A stretch of DNA of 64,000 nt, from contig JBHGNT010000005.1 of assembly GCA_043228905.1 (NCBI GenBank), forward strand, positions 10,850,001 to 10,914,000, written 5' to 3'. Shown here piece by piece: positions 1 to 9,965 of the stretch. The DNA comes from Azolla caroliniana (Eukaryota > Plantae > Polypodiophyta). A model generated the notes under the pieces. It made no database searches. It worked only from the letters and a program-made list of their open reading frames with translations, and was not told the origin of the DNA. The translations under genes were made by a program, and so were the position numbers. How positions within the stretch are numbered: the stretch's first letter is position 1; each line of letters starts with the position of its first letter.

Positions 1-680
1 TGCCGAATTTGAAGCAATATCCAGTTGTTGATTTCCGACTGTCCACATAGCCCGCGAAGTCCGAGTCGGTGTAACCGACTACGCCTGAGGTTGGGTTCGA
101 GCAAAATAGGATGCCGAGGTCTTTTGTGCCAGCCAGATATCTGAACACATGCTTGATTGCGTTCCAGTGCGATCGGTCGGGGTTGTGCATGAATCTGCTG
201 ACGACTCCTACGACATGAGAAATATCAGGCCGTGTTGCGACCATTGCGTACATAAGGGAGCCGACTGCCGGTGCATACGGTACTGACTTCATATCTTCCC
301 CCTCTGGACCAGATGTCTGGCAGTCTCCCTGAGACAGTCGAAGGTTAATGGGGAGTGGGGTTGAAGTAGACTTGGCCAAGTGCATGTTGAAGTGTTCCAA
401 GACACGTCCGATGTATTCGGTTTGAGACAATAAAAGTTGTCGTTTAACGTGATGCTGACTAATCTTCATACCAAGTATGTGTCTTGCCAGACCGCGGTCC
501 TTGATGGCAAACTTCAACCGCAGTTTCTGAACAAGTTCGGTGAGCTCTCCGGTGTGCCGACCGGAGCTTAGCATGTCATCGATGTAGATGATGAGGAAGA
601 TGGGTGACCGATCTTGAGCTGTTTGGTGAAGAGACAGTGGTCCTCATCGCTCTTTGAGAAGCCGACCGATTGGATGAATA
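1..680 (-). pseudogene. Ty1/copia pol fragment (RT C-terminal half into RNase H N-terminus), disrupted
   Basis: Minus-strand translation gives FIQSVGFSKSDEDHCLF, IYIDDML, ATRPDISHVVGVVSRFMHNP and GYTDSDFAGYVDSRKSTTGYCFKFG, all copia RT/RNase H motifs. No long ORF remains. Confidence 0.9.
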
Positions 681-1137
681 CGACCATTATACACTCGTAT
701 TCGACACTCCCCCGTAATGGGCATATACATGGGTTATCTAAAAAATTCTAGGTATATACAAGGTTTATCGAACAGATCGGTTTTGTTAGAGTTGGCAAGA
801 TCCGAAGACAGAAGACCGAACTAGTCGGGTCGGAAGAGCTGAAGCCGAACCTCAAAGAACCGATGTTTGTTGTCCGAAGCCGTCATGTACTGTATGTCCA
901 ACTTTAACCAGACTGATTTTTCGTAACGCCCATCTAGTGCCAAAGGAACCGGAAACGATCCGCCGAAAGACACTTGGTCATTCCATCTACGACATTATCG
1001 GTTGTGGATATTTTCTTGAGACCGATTTTCCCTGAAATGACGCAGTCCCGAATGAAGTGATATCGAACGTCGATATGCTTGGAGGCATTGTGGAGAACCG
1101 GATTCTTTGACAAAGCAACAACACCCTGATTGTCGCT
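681..1137 (-). mobile_element. Copia 3' end: RNase H C-terminus, 3' UTR, PPT and a 26-bp LTR stub
   Basis: DNQGVVALSKNPVLHNASKHIDVRYHFIRDCVISG at ~1135-1030. PPT GGGGGAG (713-707) is followed directly by TGTCGA... (706-681), which then joins RT sequence abruptly. Confidence 0.75.
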
Positions 1138-4100
1138 ATCCCACTTAAGTACAAGGTCCTATTTAAGGCGTTATAGTCAACACTTTTAACTAGATTTTAT
1201 CTAGGTAACTACGAAGTTACATTGTTGACTAACTAACTAAACTAAATTGAGCTTGATCTCTCAACAGGCCCCCTCAAGCTCAAGTGTGAGGCATCCAACA
1301 TCCGTTTTGGCTTTTGTCGGCTTCGTGTGCTTCCGTCCAGCTTTCTGCTTTCTTCGTTGTGGCAATCTCAGTTCCTCCCCCTCAAGCCGATGACGAAGGC
1401 TTGTTGTGTGTGGGTAAAGGTCGACTACTTCCACCCATTGTGGGTTACGAGCCGCTTTGGTGGAGCTCTTGGGCTCTTGTTCGGCCGCTACCTTCATCGT
1501 GAATGTGTAATGATGGGCCATGTACTCGTTGTAGCCGTACCGAGTGATGGGGTTCTTAGCTCTAGATGAGCGTCGAAGTTTTTCGCTCGACGATGTGAGC
1601 GCCTTCTTTACTCCGGGTGTACGCATGATGGGTACACCAAACTCACTGTCTAGTGAGGGAGTCGATCCATCCGAATCATTGTTGTCGGGGTGGTCGACTT
1701 TGTATTCAGGCATCTTACCTTTGCCTTTGTCCAAGTTCGTACTTGGCCGCGACGTGCTTGGGTCGCGTGGGGGCTCTTGTGGCCCACTAGGCTTTGCTGT
1801 AATCCGTCTTTCTTCGAACATGTGTTCGAAGCGATCTCCATCTTCTACCTCTGGTTCGGCGGATTACGGGTCGAGCGGAGTCGGAGTCGAAGTTGTCTCT
1901 AGTGCGTACCAGGATGCGGACTTGTCGAAGACTACGGCTCGACTTACCCGAACCACTCGAGTAGAAGGGTTGTAGCACTTGTATGCTTTCTTCTCTGATG
2001 AGTATCCTATGAGGATACATTCCTCCGACTTCACGTTGGGCTTCTGTCGTTGTTCGTTCGGGATGCGCACATTCGCAATGCTTCCGAACACCTTGAGGTG
2101 TGACAGGATTGGCTTCCTTCCGACGAGAAGCTCGTAGGGAGTTAGCTCATGGACTCCATTAGTGGTGCACTGGTTCATGAGATAGACGGTCGTGGATGCC
2201 ACTTCGGACCAATAGAAATTCGGCATGTGCTTCTCATGCATCATGGTGCATGCTACCTTGAGTATTTGCCGATTCTTCCTTTCGGCTACTCCATTTTGTT
2301 GGGGTGTGTGTAGGCACGAGAATTCTCTCCGAATGCCTTCACTTTGGAGGTAGGAGGTGAATTTGTCGGAGAAGTACTCCTTTCCTCCATCCGATTGTAG
2401 GCATCGAATGTGCCGACCAATTTCTTTTTCAACTTGGCCCTTGAGCTTTTGGAAGTGGGAGAGCACTTCACTTTTCTTCTTCATCGGGTAGATCCACGCG
2501 TAGCATGAGTAGTCGTCGATGAAGGTTACGTAGTATCGGCATCCGCCGATCTTCGGCGTTTGAGCCAGTCCCCATACATCCGAGTGTATGACGTCGAGGA
2601 CGCCTTTGCTTGCGTGACATTCCTTCGGGAATGGGAGTCGATGTTTTTTGTTGAGTTGACACGCTTCGCATACTTGGTCGCCTCGTTTCGACTCGTATGT
2701 CGGAAGTCCGATGACGACTCCCTTGTTTTGCATCGCTCGAAGCCGTTGCAGGTTTATGTGGCCGATTCTCTTGTGCCACAACTGGATGCTTGTCTCGGTT
2801 TTGAGACCTTTGGTGTACATTGCCGATTTCACCTTGTTCGAATCGAGGATAAACATCTCTCCGCCCCTTAGCTATGAGTCAACCATCTTTCCCAATGAAA
2901 CAACCTTCGTTGTTGAAGCGGACTTGCATGCCTTGCTCCACGATTTAGCCGACCGAGACCAAATTCTTCGTTATTGTGGGCACATGCAAGACATTCTTGA
3001 TGCAAATTTGCTTGTCTTCTTTCCCGAATGGGACATTGCTGATGTGCCGAATGGGGTGTGTGGTGTCGTCTCCCATCTCTATGAAACCAGGTCTATCCGG
3101 CGTTCATAAATCACGAAACCACTCTTTGTGAGATGTCATGTGATGTGAGGCGCCGGAATCGACGAACCACACATCTTCTGAGTTGGAGGTGCTTGCGGAG
3201 TTGGAGTCCGGCATAGAGTTCGCTCTATGCCTCATTACGAACATTCCGCCATGGTCGCCGTAGTTGGAATTTGGGGCGTAATTTGTAAACATTTCACTAC
3301 GATCGTCGTAGTCGGAATTCGACGCGTGATTTGTGAACATTTTGCTGCGGTTGTCGTGGTCGGAGTTCGATGCGTAGTTTGTGAGCTGTCGACTTGTTGA
3401 AGCCGACTCACTTCTCTTTTTCCGACACTCTGCCTCGTAGTGGCCAATTTTGCCGCAATAATTGCAAGTTGCGGGCCTCGTTTGCCGACCATGTTCGGCG
3501 TGGAAGCTCCCCCTTCTTCCGAAGGTTCCTCAATGGCTTCTGTGAAGGTTTGAGTTCCCTTCGCGTGATGGGTCGAATTGACCTCTTCTACCGCCGTGAC
3601 CTCCTCCTCGGCCACCGTCCGAATTCGAGAAGAACATTTGTCCTTCCAACGTCTTACTTTTGGTTCAGACGTGATTCTCTTCGACCAATAGCATTGATTG
3701 GAGGTCAAAGAATGAATGAGGGTTTTCTCTCGCCAAGATTGCCGTCCGTAATGGATCGAATCGTTGTGCGAGGCCGTCCAAGCAACTTGAACCATCTCGT
3801 CTTCGTCGATGTTTATTTTAATGGAGCCGAGTGAGTCGCAAATGCTCTTGATCTTGGCGGTGTAGTCCGACACGAACATGTCTTTTTGCCGAACGTTGTT
3901 CAACTCTTGTCGGAGTTGAAGCTTTCGAGCGGTTGTGTTGGCGGCGAACATTTTCTTTAAGTTCGCCCACGCTTCTTTAGGCGTCTTGGCATCTCGAATG
4001 TGGCTAAGCATGTGGTCGTGAACACATGTTGCCAAGCAATACATGACTCGACTCACTGCTTGCTCCCATGTTGCGTAGTCGGCGTTCTTTGAGTCGGGTC

Positions 4101-4475
4101 GATTTTCTTGAGTGCCGTTGATGTAGCTCCAATACCCTTGGCCGACGAGGTATTGGGTCATCTTGTACTCCCAAGATGAATAATTGCTCCGGTCTAGCTT
4201 TTCACTAGGGAGCGAGCTACCCATTTGTGTGTTCATGTTGATTGTGTCTTCTCTTCTTTTGCTTTTCTTCCTTCGATCACGTACACGTGCTACGTAGCGG
4301 CACTACGGTAGCCGATAGCCAGATTTTGTCGTCGGCATCTCGAACACGCAATCATGGAGTCAGGTGGGCTTAGTGGATTTTCTAAACCACACGCTCTGAT
4401 ACCATGTTAATAATTAGGTAATTAATTAAGCAAGGGTTAATTAGTACCTAATTATGTGTGGAAGATTATGTGATA

Positions 4476-4528
<53 letters not shown>

Positions 4529-4846
4529 CACTTATGAACAACACAAGATGGGGGATGAGTAACTATGTTAAATTAGCATTATTATCATCAAAAACAAAAA
4601 TACCCACAATGAGGTATATATACATCTCATGTGCAAAGGTGCACATGTGTGAGTAGAATATAGGTACTAATGTGTAAGTCCTATATTAAATGTACTTAGG
4701 AGTGGAAGATCTAGAATATCCTACCTAAGTACAAGGTCCTATTTAAGGCGTTATAGTCAACACTTCTAACTATATTCTATCTAGGTAACTACGAAGTTAC
4801 ATTGTTGACTAACTAACTAAACTAAATTGAGCTTGATCTCTCAACA
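1138..4846 (-). mobile_element. Non-autonomous Ty1/copia element (LTR family A): gag, protease, integrase; RT/RNase H deleted; 3' LTR truncated
   Basis: 5' LTR 4846-4405 and PBS TGGTATCAGAGC 4404-4393. gag ORF 3235-4236, protease WFVDSGASHHM, integrase ORF 1864-2856 (LWHKRIGH, HSDVWG, SDGGKEY, TPQQNGVAERKN). The EPKS..WVE pre-RT motif runs straight to the PPT at 1267-1275. Only 129 bp of the 3' LTR remain (1266-1138). Confidence 0.9.
4393..4846 (-). repeat. 5' LTR (442 bp, TG...CA) plus tRNA-iMet PBS of family A copia
   Basis: Plus strand reads tgttaa...ctcaaca with adjacent gctctgatacca. Homologous to 1138-1266, 14216-14674 and 34796-40357. Confidence 0.9.
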
Positions 4847-5089
4847 AATATCCTACATGGTTGAAAGCAACATCTTCACATGGGCTTAGTGTGAGCAAGT
4901 ACACACTTTTGTGTTCAAAGACAAGGAGACATTCCCCCAACCACAAAAGAAGACTAGACATTTTGAGATGATCTCCACAAAGCCACTCTTAAATGCCAAT
5001 GGATAGTTGACTACTTTTTGAGAGTGTATATTCTATCGTACATAATCCGACATCTATATTTTAAATGTAACATTACTTAGCATTGATTT

Positions 5090-5490
5090 GGGTATTCGAA
5101 CCATTGCTTCCATGCAACTTAGCTCACATGCATTGCGATGTGAGACAGGGCATTGGGGCACAAGTGATGACAGTGATCGACTATGCACACTTTGCCTTAA
5201 ACAAGTTTGCGGGTCTGAGTGTCACACTTTGATACAATGCTCTGCCTTTGATCATATTCGACCATGCTTTCACATCTCTTCGACCGAGCCCAATCCTTGC
5301 ATGAATTCCTCTCACAACCACAATGTGCACTCTCGATTGCAACATTCATTGGTAAAGTTCTTGAACATCGAGAGTCACTACTCACTTTCACACGTATCAC
5401 GTGAAATGTAATATTTTTGGTCTCATAGGTCATATTTGACCTCCGAAGACGATAATATAATGTCTCTCTCTCTCTCTCTCTCTCTCTTTT
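5090..5490 (+). mobile_element. RTE-like non-LTR retrotransposon 3' fragment
   Basis: IRTIASMQLSSHALRCETGHW...RLCTLC...ECHTLIQC is a C-terminal Zn-finger of LINE ORF2. It ends in a (TC)n tract at 5462-5486 and overlaps the sequence of the 14693-15320 fragment. Confidence 0.75.
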
Positions 5491-5620
5491 ATTATCGTAA
5501 TTAGCTTACCCTAAGCTAAGTTGTTACACTACTACAAGCACTACATCTTGGGTTTGAAACCCAAATTTCTCACCTGTCTTTTACTTTATACATATCTCTT
5601 AATTCATTACATGCCACTGT

Positions 5621-5719
5621 GGAATGTCAGGGTTGAGCCCATGACCATCTGGTCTCCATTGGGCAACCTTACCTCTTAGTCTTTCATTGTGCAACCTTAC
5701 CAACTGAGCTACTACATCC
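5621..5719 (-). mobile_element. tRNA-derived SINE head or tRNA pseudogene
   Basis: Minus strand reads GGATGTAGTAGCTCAGTTGGTAAG (A-box/D-arm) ... GGGCTCAACCC (degenerate B-box) ... ACATTCC (acceptor-stem complement). An internal ~25-bp duplication disrupts the cloverleaf. Confidence 0.55.
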
Positions 5720-6143
5720 ATCCGACCTCCCATACATGTGTATGTATGTATGTATGAGTGAGTGAGTGCAAAGGAAATGCATGTCAATTTGGAGGCATAG
5801 TTTTGCAAATTCTCCTAAATGTATGGAGGATTCTTGTATGTATGTATAGTCTAGACTCTACATATATGTAGTGACTCTACATATGTATATGATATATCTA
5901 TCATATATATGTAATAATAAAGTATGTATGCGTATTTTCATGAATGGTAGTCTGCGTAATATAATAGCGTCTGTCGTCGATGGCGACGGCGACGACGACA
6001 ACGATGAGCACGACCCCCTCCTGCTGCAGAATCGCAATATCCTGCACTTCTTAGGTATTTCCTTCTCTGAACCTCTTCGCTGAAGTCTCTTTGTATATTT
6101 CAAAGGAGATACCGTTTATCTCCTTTTGGATCATTCTTTCAAC

Positions 6144-9100
6144 ATGGAGGATATGGCTTCTGCTTCTTCTAGTGCAGAGAAGAATATTCTCCTCAGAACT
6201 TCTCTATCTCTTGCAAATGGATGCAAACATCGTGGAATCATGAGAAACGGTAAGGTTAGACCTTGCGGAATTCGTGACTATCCTGATTCTCTACCTTTAG
6301 GCAAGAACAGTAAGATTGCTCGTGATTTTTCAAGCTTCATTCCTAACGACAAGAAGACGGTTAGGGACTTTCCCATCCATGAAAATAGGAAAGAGAAGAA
6401 GGTTGTCCGGGATTTCCCGGAATTTATCAGTAAGCGAATGGAGTGTGAAGAGTGTGGACATGAAGAGATTATCGCGGAAAAATGTAACGTTGAGACCTTG
6501 AATGAGAAGAAGAAAAAGAAGGGTATTGTTTCGGACAAGGGAAAGAAGGAATGTTTTTCAACAAAGAATAGAAACGAGGATTTTGTCTTGTCGGATAAAG
6601 AAAATGGTGTTGTTCCAGTACCACAGGCAGATATTGCATTGCAGAAATGTGAAGAAGGTAAAGCTGCCTCATATGATGATGAAGTGCCTCATATGGCAAA
6701 GAAGGAGATGAAGACAATCAGGAGTTTCCCAACAGTTCTCAAAGATAAGAAAGAGAAAAAGACTACAAGAGATTTCCCAGATTCATTCAGGAAGGAGGCA
6801 GATAATATAGGGAAATCTGAAGTTGATATGGTTGACAAATCTAATGATAAGATCTTGCATCAGCAAAAGGAAGAACAAGATTTTGTATCATCAGATAAGA
6901 AAAAAGATTCCATTCTAGTTTCTCAGTCTGATATGAGATTGCAGAAAAAAGAAGAGGACACAGTTGATGCTGGCGATGATGAAACTCAAATATGTGAGAG
7001 GGGTGAAATTGTCCAGAGGAAGGAGAAGAAGGCGACCAGGGATTTCCCAACAGTTCTCAAAGATAAGAATGAGAAAAGAACTCCTGGTGATTTCGCAAAC
7101 TCAGTTGTTAAGGTCATAAATGACACGAAACAAGAAGATGTAGGAAAGGAAAGTAAGAAAGAGAAAAAATCAATTAGGGATCTCCCAGAAAATTATATAT
7201 TATCATCTGATGAGAAAATTTATGCCAGCTTAGAGTCACATCCTTATAGTCCATCACGGGGAGCTGAACAGGGAAAAAAGGATGGTGCTGAGTGGACTCT
7301 AGTTTATGGAAAAAGAGAAATTAAACAGAAGGAGAAGAAAACAATGAGGGATTTCCCAGTACTCAAGGATATGCAAGAGAAAAAGGCTACTTGTGATTTC
7401 GCAGATTCTATTTGTAAGAAAGTAGATGACTTGGAACAATCTGAAGATGATGGAAAGAAATTAGATCCCATGGAACAAACTGAAGATACTGGAAATGAAG
7501 ATGATACAATTGAGAAATCTGATGGTCAGATATTGTGCCTGAGAAACAAAGAAAAGGATTTCATATCATCAGATACAAAAGAAAAATCCATTCTAGAGTT
7601 GCAATTAAATATTCCATGGCACAAACTTGAACAGAACAAACCTGATGATGGTAGTGAAGAGCCTCAGAAGGGTGGAAAATTAGAAATTGAAGAAAAAGAA
7701 GACAAGACAATCAAGGATTTCCCAGATTCTGTTAGTAAGGAAATGGATGATGTAGAATCATCTGAAGCTGCTGGAAGTGCAGGTGATTTGGCTGAGAAAT
7801 CGAACACTCAGATCTCTTACCAAAGAAAGAATCGAAAGAAATTTGTGTCATTGGATAAGGTAATCCATGAATCACAACCAGATATTCCATTAGAGAGAGT
7901 TGAACACGAAAAGAATCAGGATGGTGCTGAGGGGACTCAGATTGTTAATGAACGTGAAATTAATTCTCAGAAGGAGATTGAAGTTGTGGCAACTTTTGAG
8001 CGAGTCAAGAAAACACAAAGAAAGTCTGCAATTAGGGATCTTCCTGATGTGGCTAAATCACTACCTGTACTTGGAAAAGAAATTCTCACTAAGAGCTGTG
8101 ATAGAGAGCGAGATGAATCTTCTCCTCCAGAGGTTTCCAGAATTAAAGAGAAGACAACCAAGGATAGCAGAAATGCTGGTGAGAGTGGAAAGAAGAAGAG
8201 ACCATTCAAGGAACCAGAGTTTGCTGAAGGAAATACAAAAGTATCTAATCCTACACCTGATTCTCGACCATCTGATGAGGTCAAGGATGTAGACTCCAAG
8301 ATTAAAACTGAAAATGATCAAGAGGATGCCATTCCCATGTCTATAAAACGGAAAAGTAAGACTTTGACACCATCTGATTCAGGAAAGAAGGCCAGATTAT
8401 CATCTGGAAAGTTAATGAAGCCAGGTTTAGGTACAGAGATAGGCCATCCTAAAAAGGCCTTGAGAGAGACCTTGAGATTATTTGATTCTGTTCGCCGTAA
8501 GGTTGTTCAGGATGAAGAGAAATATGTAAAACAAGGAAGAGGATGTAGATCAGATCTCCAAACTTTATCACTTGTAAAGGATCAAGGTTTTGTTCAGACT
8601 GAGAAGGTTATTGGTTCAATTCCAGGTTTAGACATTGGGGATATATTTTGTTTTAGGACAGAGGCTTCATTTACAAGAGTGCATGGTCCAATTCAAGGTG
8701 GTATTGAATACTTAACGGCAAAGGATTCTGAATGGGATATGCCTATTGCAATAGGGATTGTCTCAAATGCTGGCCAGGATGGTGAAGATAATGGAGAAGA
8801 ACTTATTTATAGTGGTCAAGGAGGCAGATCTGCAGACAATAAGCAAATTGCTGACCAGAAGATGGAGAGAGGCAATTTGGCCATGGATGGAAGCAGAAAA
8901 CACAAGGTGCCTGTGAGAGTTATTCGTGGCATCAAGGATGCTAATAGTCCATCTGGGAAAGTTTTTGTTTATGATGGCCTCTACTCTGTTGTGGATACCT
9001 TTACCAGAAAAGGTTTAAATGGCTTTGATGAGTTCCAATTCAGGCTTCAGCGTATGCCTGATCAAACAGAACTTGGATCTAATCTGTTTATGCTAGCTCA

Positions 9101-9965
9101 AAAGATGAAGAATCAACGACCAGCATCCCGTACAAACGTTACTGTCCAAGATTTATCTGAAGGTAAGGAACGCCTACCCATCTGTGTTGAAAATACAGTT
9201 GATGATGAGAAAGCACCCCTTGCTTTTGAATATGTAACAGAAGTAAGATATCCTGATGGCATTGAAAAGTTTGATTCTGCAGTTGGGTGCACTTGTAAAG
9301 GTGTGTGCACACCTTCTAGTAAGTGTAGTTGTTTCTCAAGAAATGGAGATGAGTTCCCATATTTAAATATGGGATCCCTTGTAAGAGAGAAAGACTACAT
9401 TTTTGAGTGTGGTAACCAATGCTCATGCTCTACAAGTTGCCGAAATAGAGCATTTCCAAAGATTAGACTTGAAGTGTTCAAGACACAAGACCGTGGATGG
9501 GGTGTTCGGTCTCTAGAGATGATTGCAGCAGGAAGCTTTGTTTGTGAGTACACCGGTAAGTTGGTTTTTGGTGATGAAATGATCAAGACAGTGGGTAATA
9601 AAGAGTTTATCTTAGATTTAAGAAGGGCCCCTATTAAAACACCCCGCTGGGGTAATGTGCCAAATATTTTTCCGAACAGGTCTCCTTCAGACATAATGTC
9701 AGATGTTGGGACCCCTAAGCTTATTATAGATGCTAACCAATGTGGTAATGTGGCTCGATTTATTAATCATAGCTGCTCACCCAACCTTCTTATTCAGAAG
9801 GTTTTGTCTCACCATCAGCATGCCAAACTCCCTCAGATCAAATTATTTGCAATGGACAATATTCCTCCCTTGAGGGAGCTAACTTTTGATTATGGATGTC
9901 CCACAAATGATGAAGAGAGTATTGCATGCTTATGTGGAAGCTTTGATTGTAGGGGGAGGCTATAA
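6144..9965 (+). CDS. SUVH: SUVH-family histone H3K9 methyltransferase (SRA/YDG, pre-SET, SET, post-SET) with long repetitive N-terminus; intronless, 1273 aa
   Basis: Single ORF from ATG 6144. SRA motifs (GSIPGLDIGDIF, LIYSGQGG, DQKMERGNLAM, PVRVIRG, VYDGLY), Cys-rich pre-SET, SET (GWGVRS, FVCEYTG, ARFINHSCSPN, ELTFDYG) and post-SET CLCGSFDCRGRL. Confidence 0.95.
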   Translation: MEDMASASSSAEKNILLRTSLSLANGCKHRGIMRNGKVRPCGIRDYPDSLPLGKNSKIARDFSSFIPNDKKTVRDFPIHENRKEKKVVRDFPEFISKRMECEECGHEEIIAEKCNVETLNEKKKKKGIVSDKGKKECFSTKNRNEDFVLSDKENGVVPVPQADIALQKCEEGKAASYDDEVPHMAKKEMKTIRSFPTVLKDKKEKKTTRDFPDSFRKEADNIGKSEVDMVDKSNDKILHQQKEEQDFVSSDKKKDSILVSQSDMRLQKKEEDTVDAGDDETQICERGEIVQRKEKKATRDFPTVLKDKNEKRTPGDFANSVVKVINDTKQEDVGKESKKEKKSIRDLPENYILSSDEKIYASLESHPYSPSRGAEQGKKDGAEWTLVYGKREIKQKEKKTMRDFPVLKDMQEKKATCDFADSICKKVDDLEQSEDDGKKLDPMEQTEDTGNEDDTIEKSDGQILCLRNKEKDFISSDTKEKSILELQLNIPWHKLEQNKPDDGSEEPQKGGKLEIEEKEDKTIKDFPDSVSKEMDDVESSEAAGSAGDLAEKSNTQISYQRKNRKKFVSLDKVIHESQPDIPLERVEHEKNQDGAEGTQIVNEREINSQKEIEVVATFERVKKTQRKSAIRDLPDVAKSLPVLGKEILTKSCDRERDESSPPEVSRIKEKTTKDSRNAGESGKKKRPFKEPEFAEGNTKVSNPTPDSRPSDEVKDVDSKIKTENDQEDAIPMSIKRKSKTLTPSDSGKKARLSSGKLMKPGLGTEIGHPKKALRETLRLFDSVRRKVVQDEEKYVKQGRGCRSDLQTLSLVKDQGFVQTEKVIGSIPGLDIGDIFCFRTEASFTRVHGPIQGGIEYLTAKDSEWDMPIAIGIVSNAGQDGEDNGEELIYSGQGGRSADNKQIADQKMERGNLAMDGSRKHKVPVRVIRGIKDANSPSGKVFVYDGLYSVVDTFTRKGLNGFDEFQFRLQRMPDQTELGSNLFMLAQKMKNQRPASRTNVTVQDLSEGKERLPICVENTVDDEKAPLAFEYVTEVRYPDGIEKFDSAVGCTCKGVCTPSSKCSCFSRNGDEFPYLNMGSLVREKDYIFECGNQCSCSTSCRNRAFPKIRLEVFKTQDRGWGVRSLEMIAAGSFVCEYTGKLVFGDEMIKTVGNKEFILDLRRAPIKTPRWGNVPNIFPNRSPSDIMSDVGTPKLIIDANQCGNVARFINHSCSPNLLIQKVLSHHQHAKLPQIKLFAMDNIPPLRELTFDYGCPTNDEESIACLCGSFDCRGRL

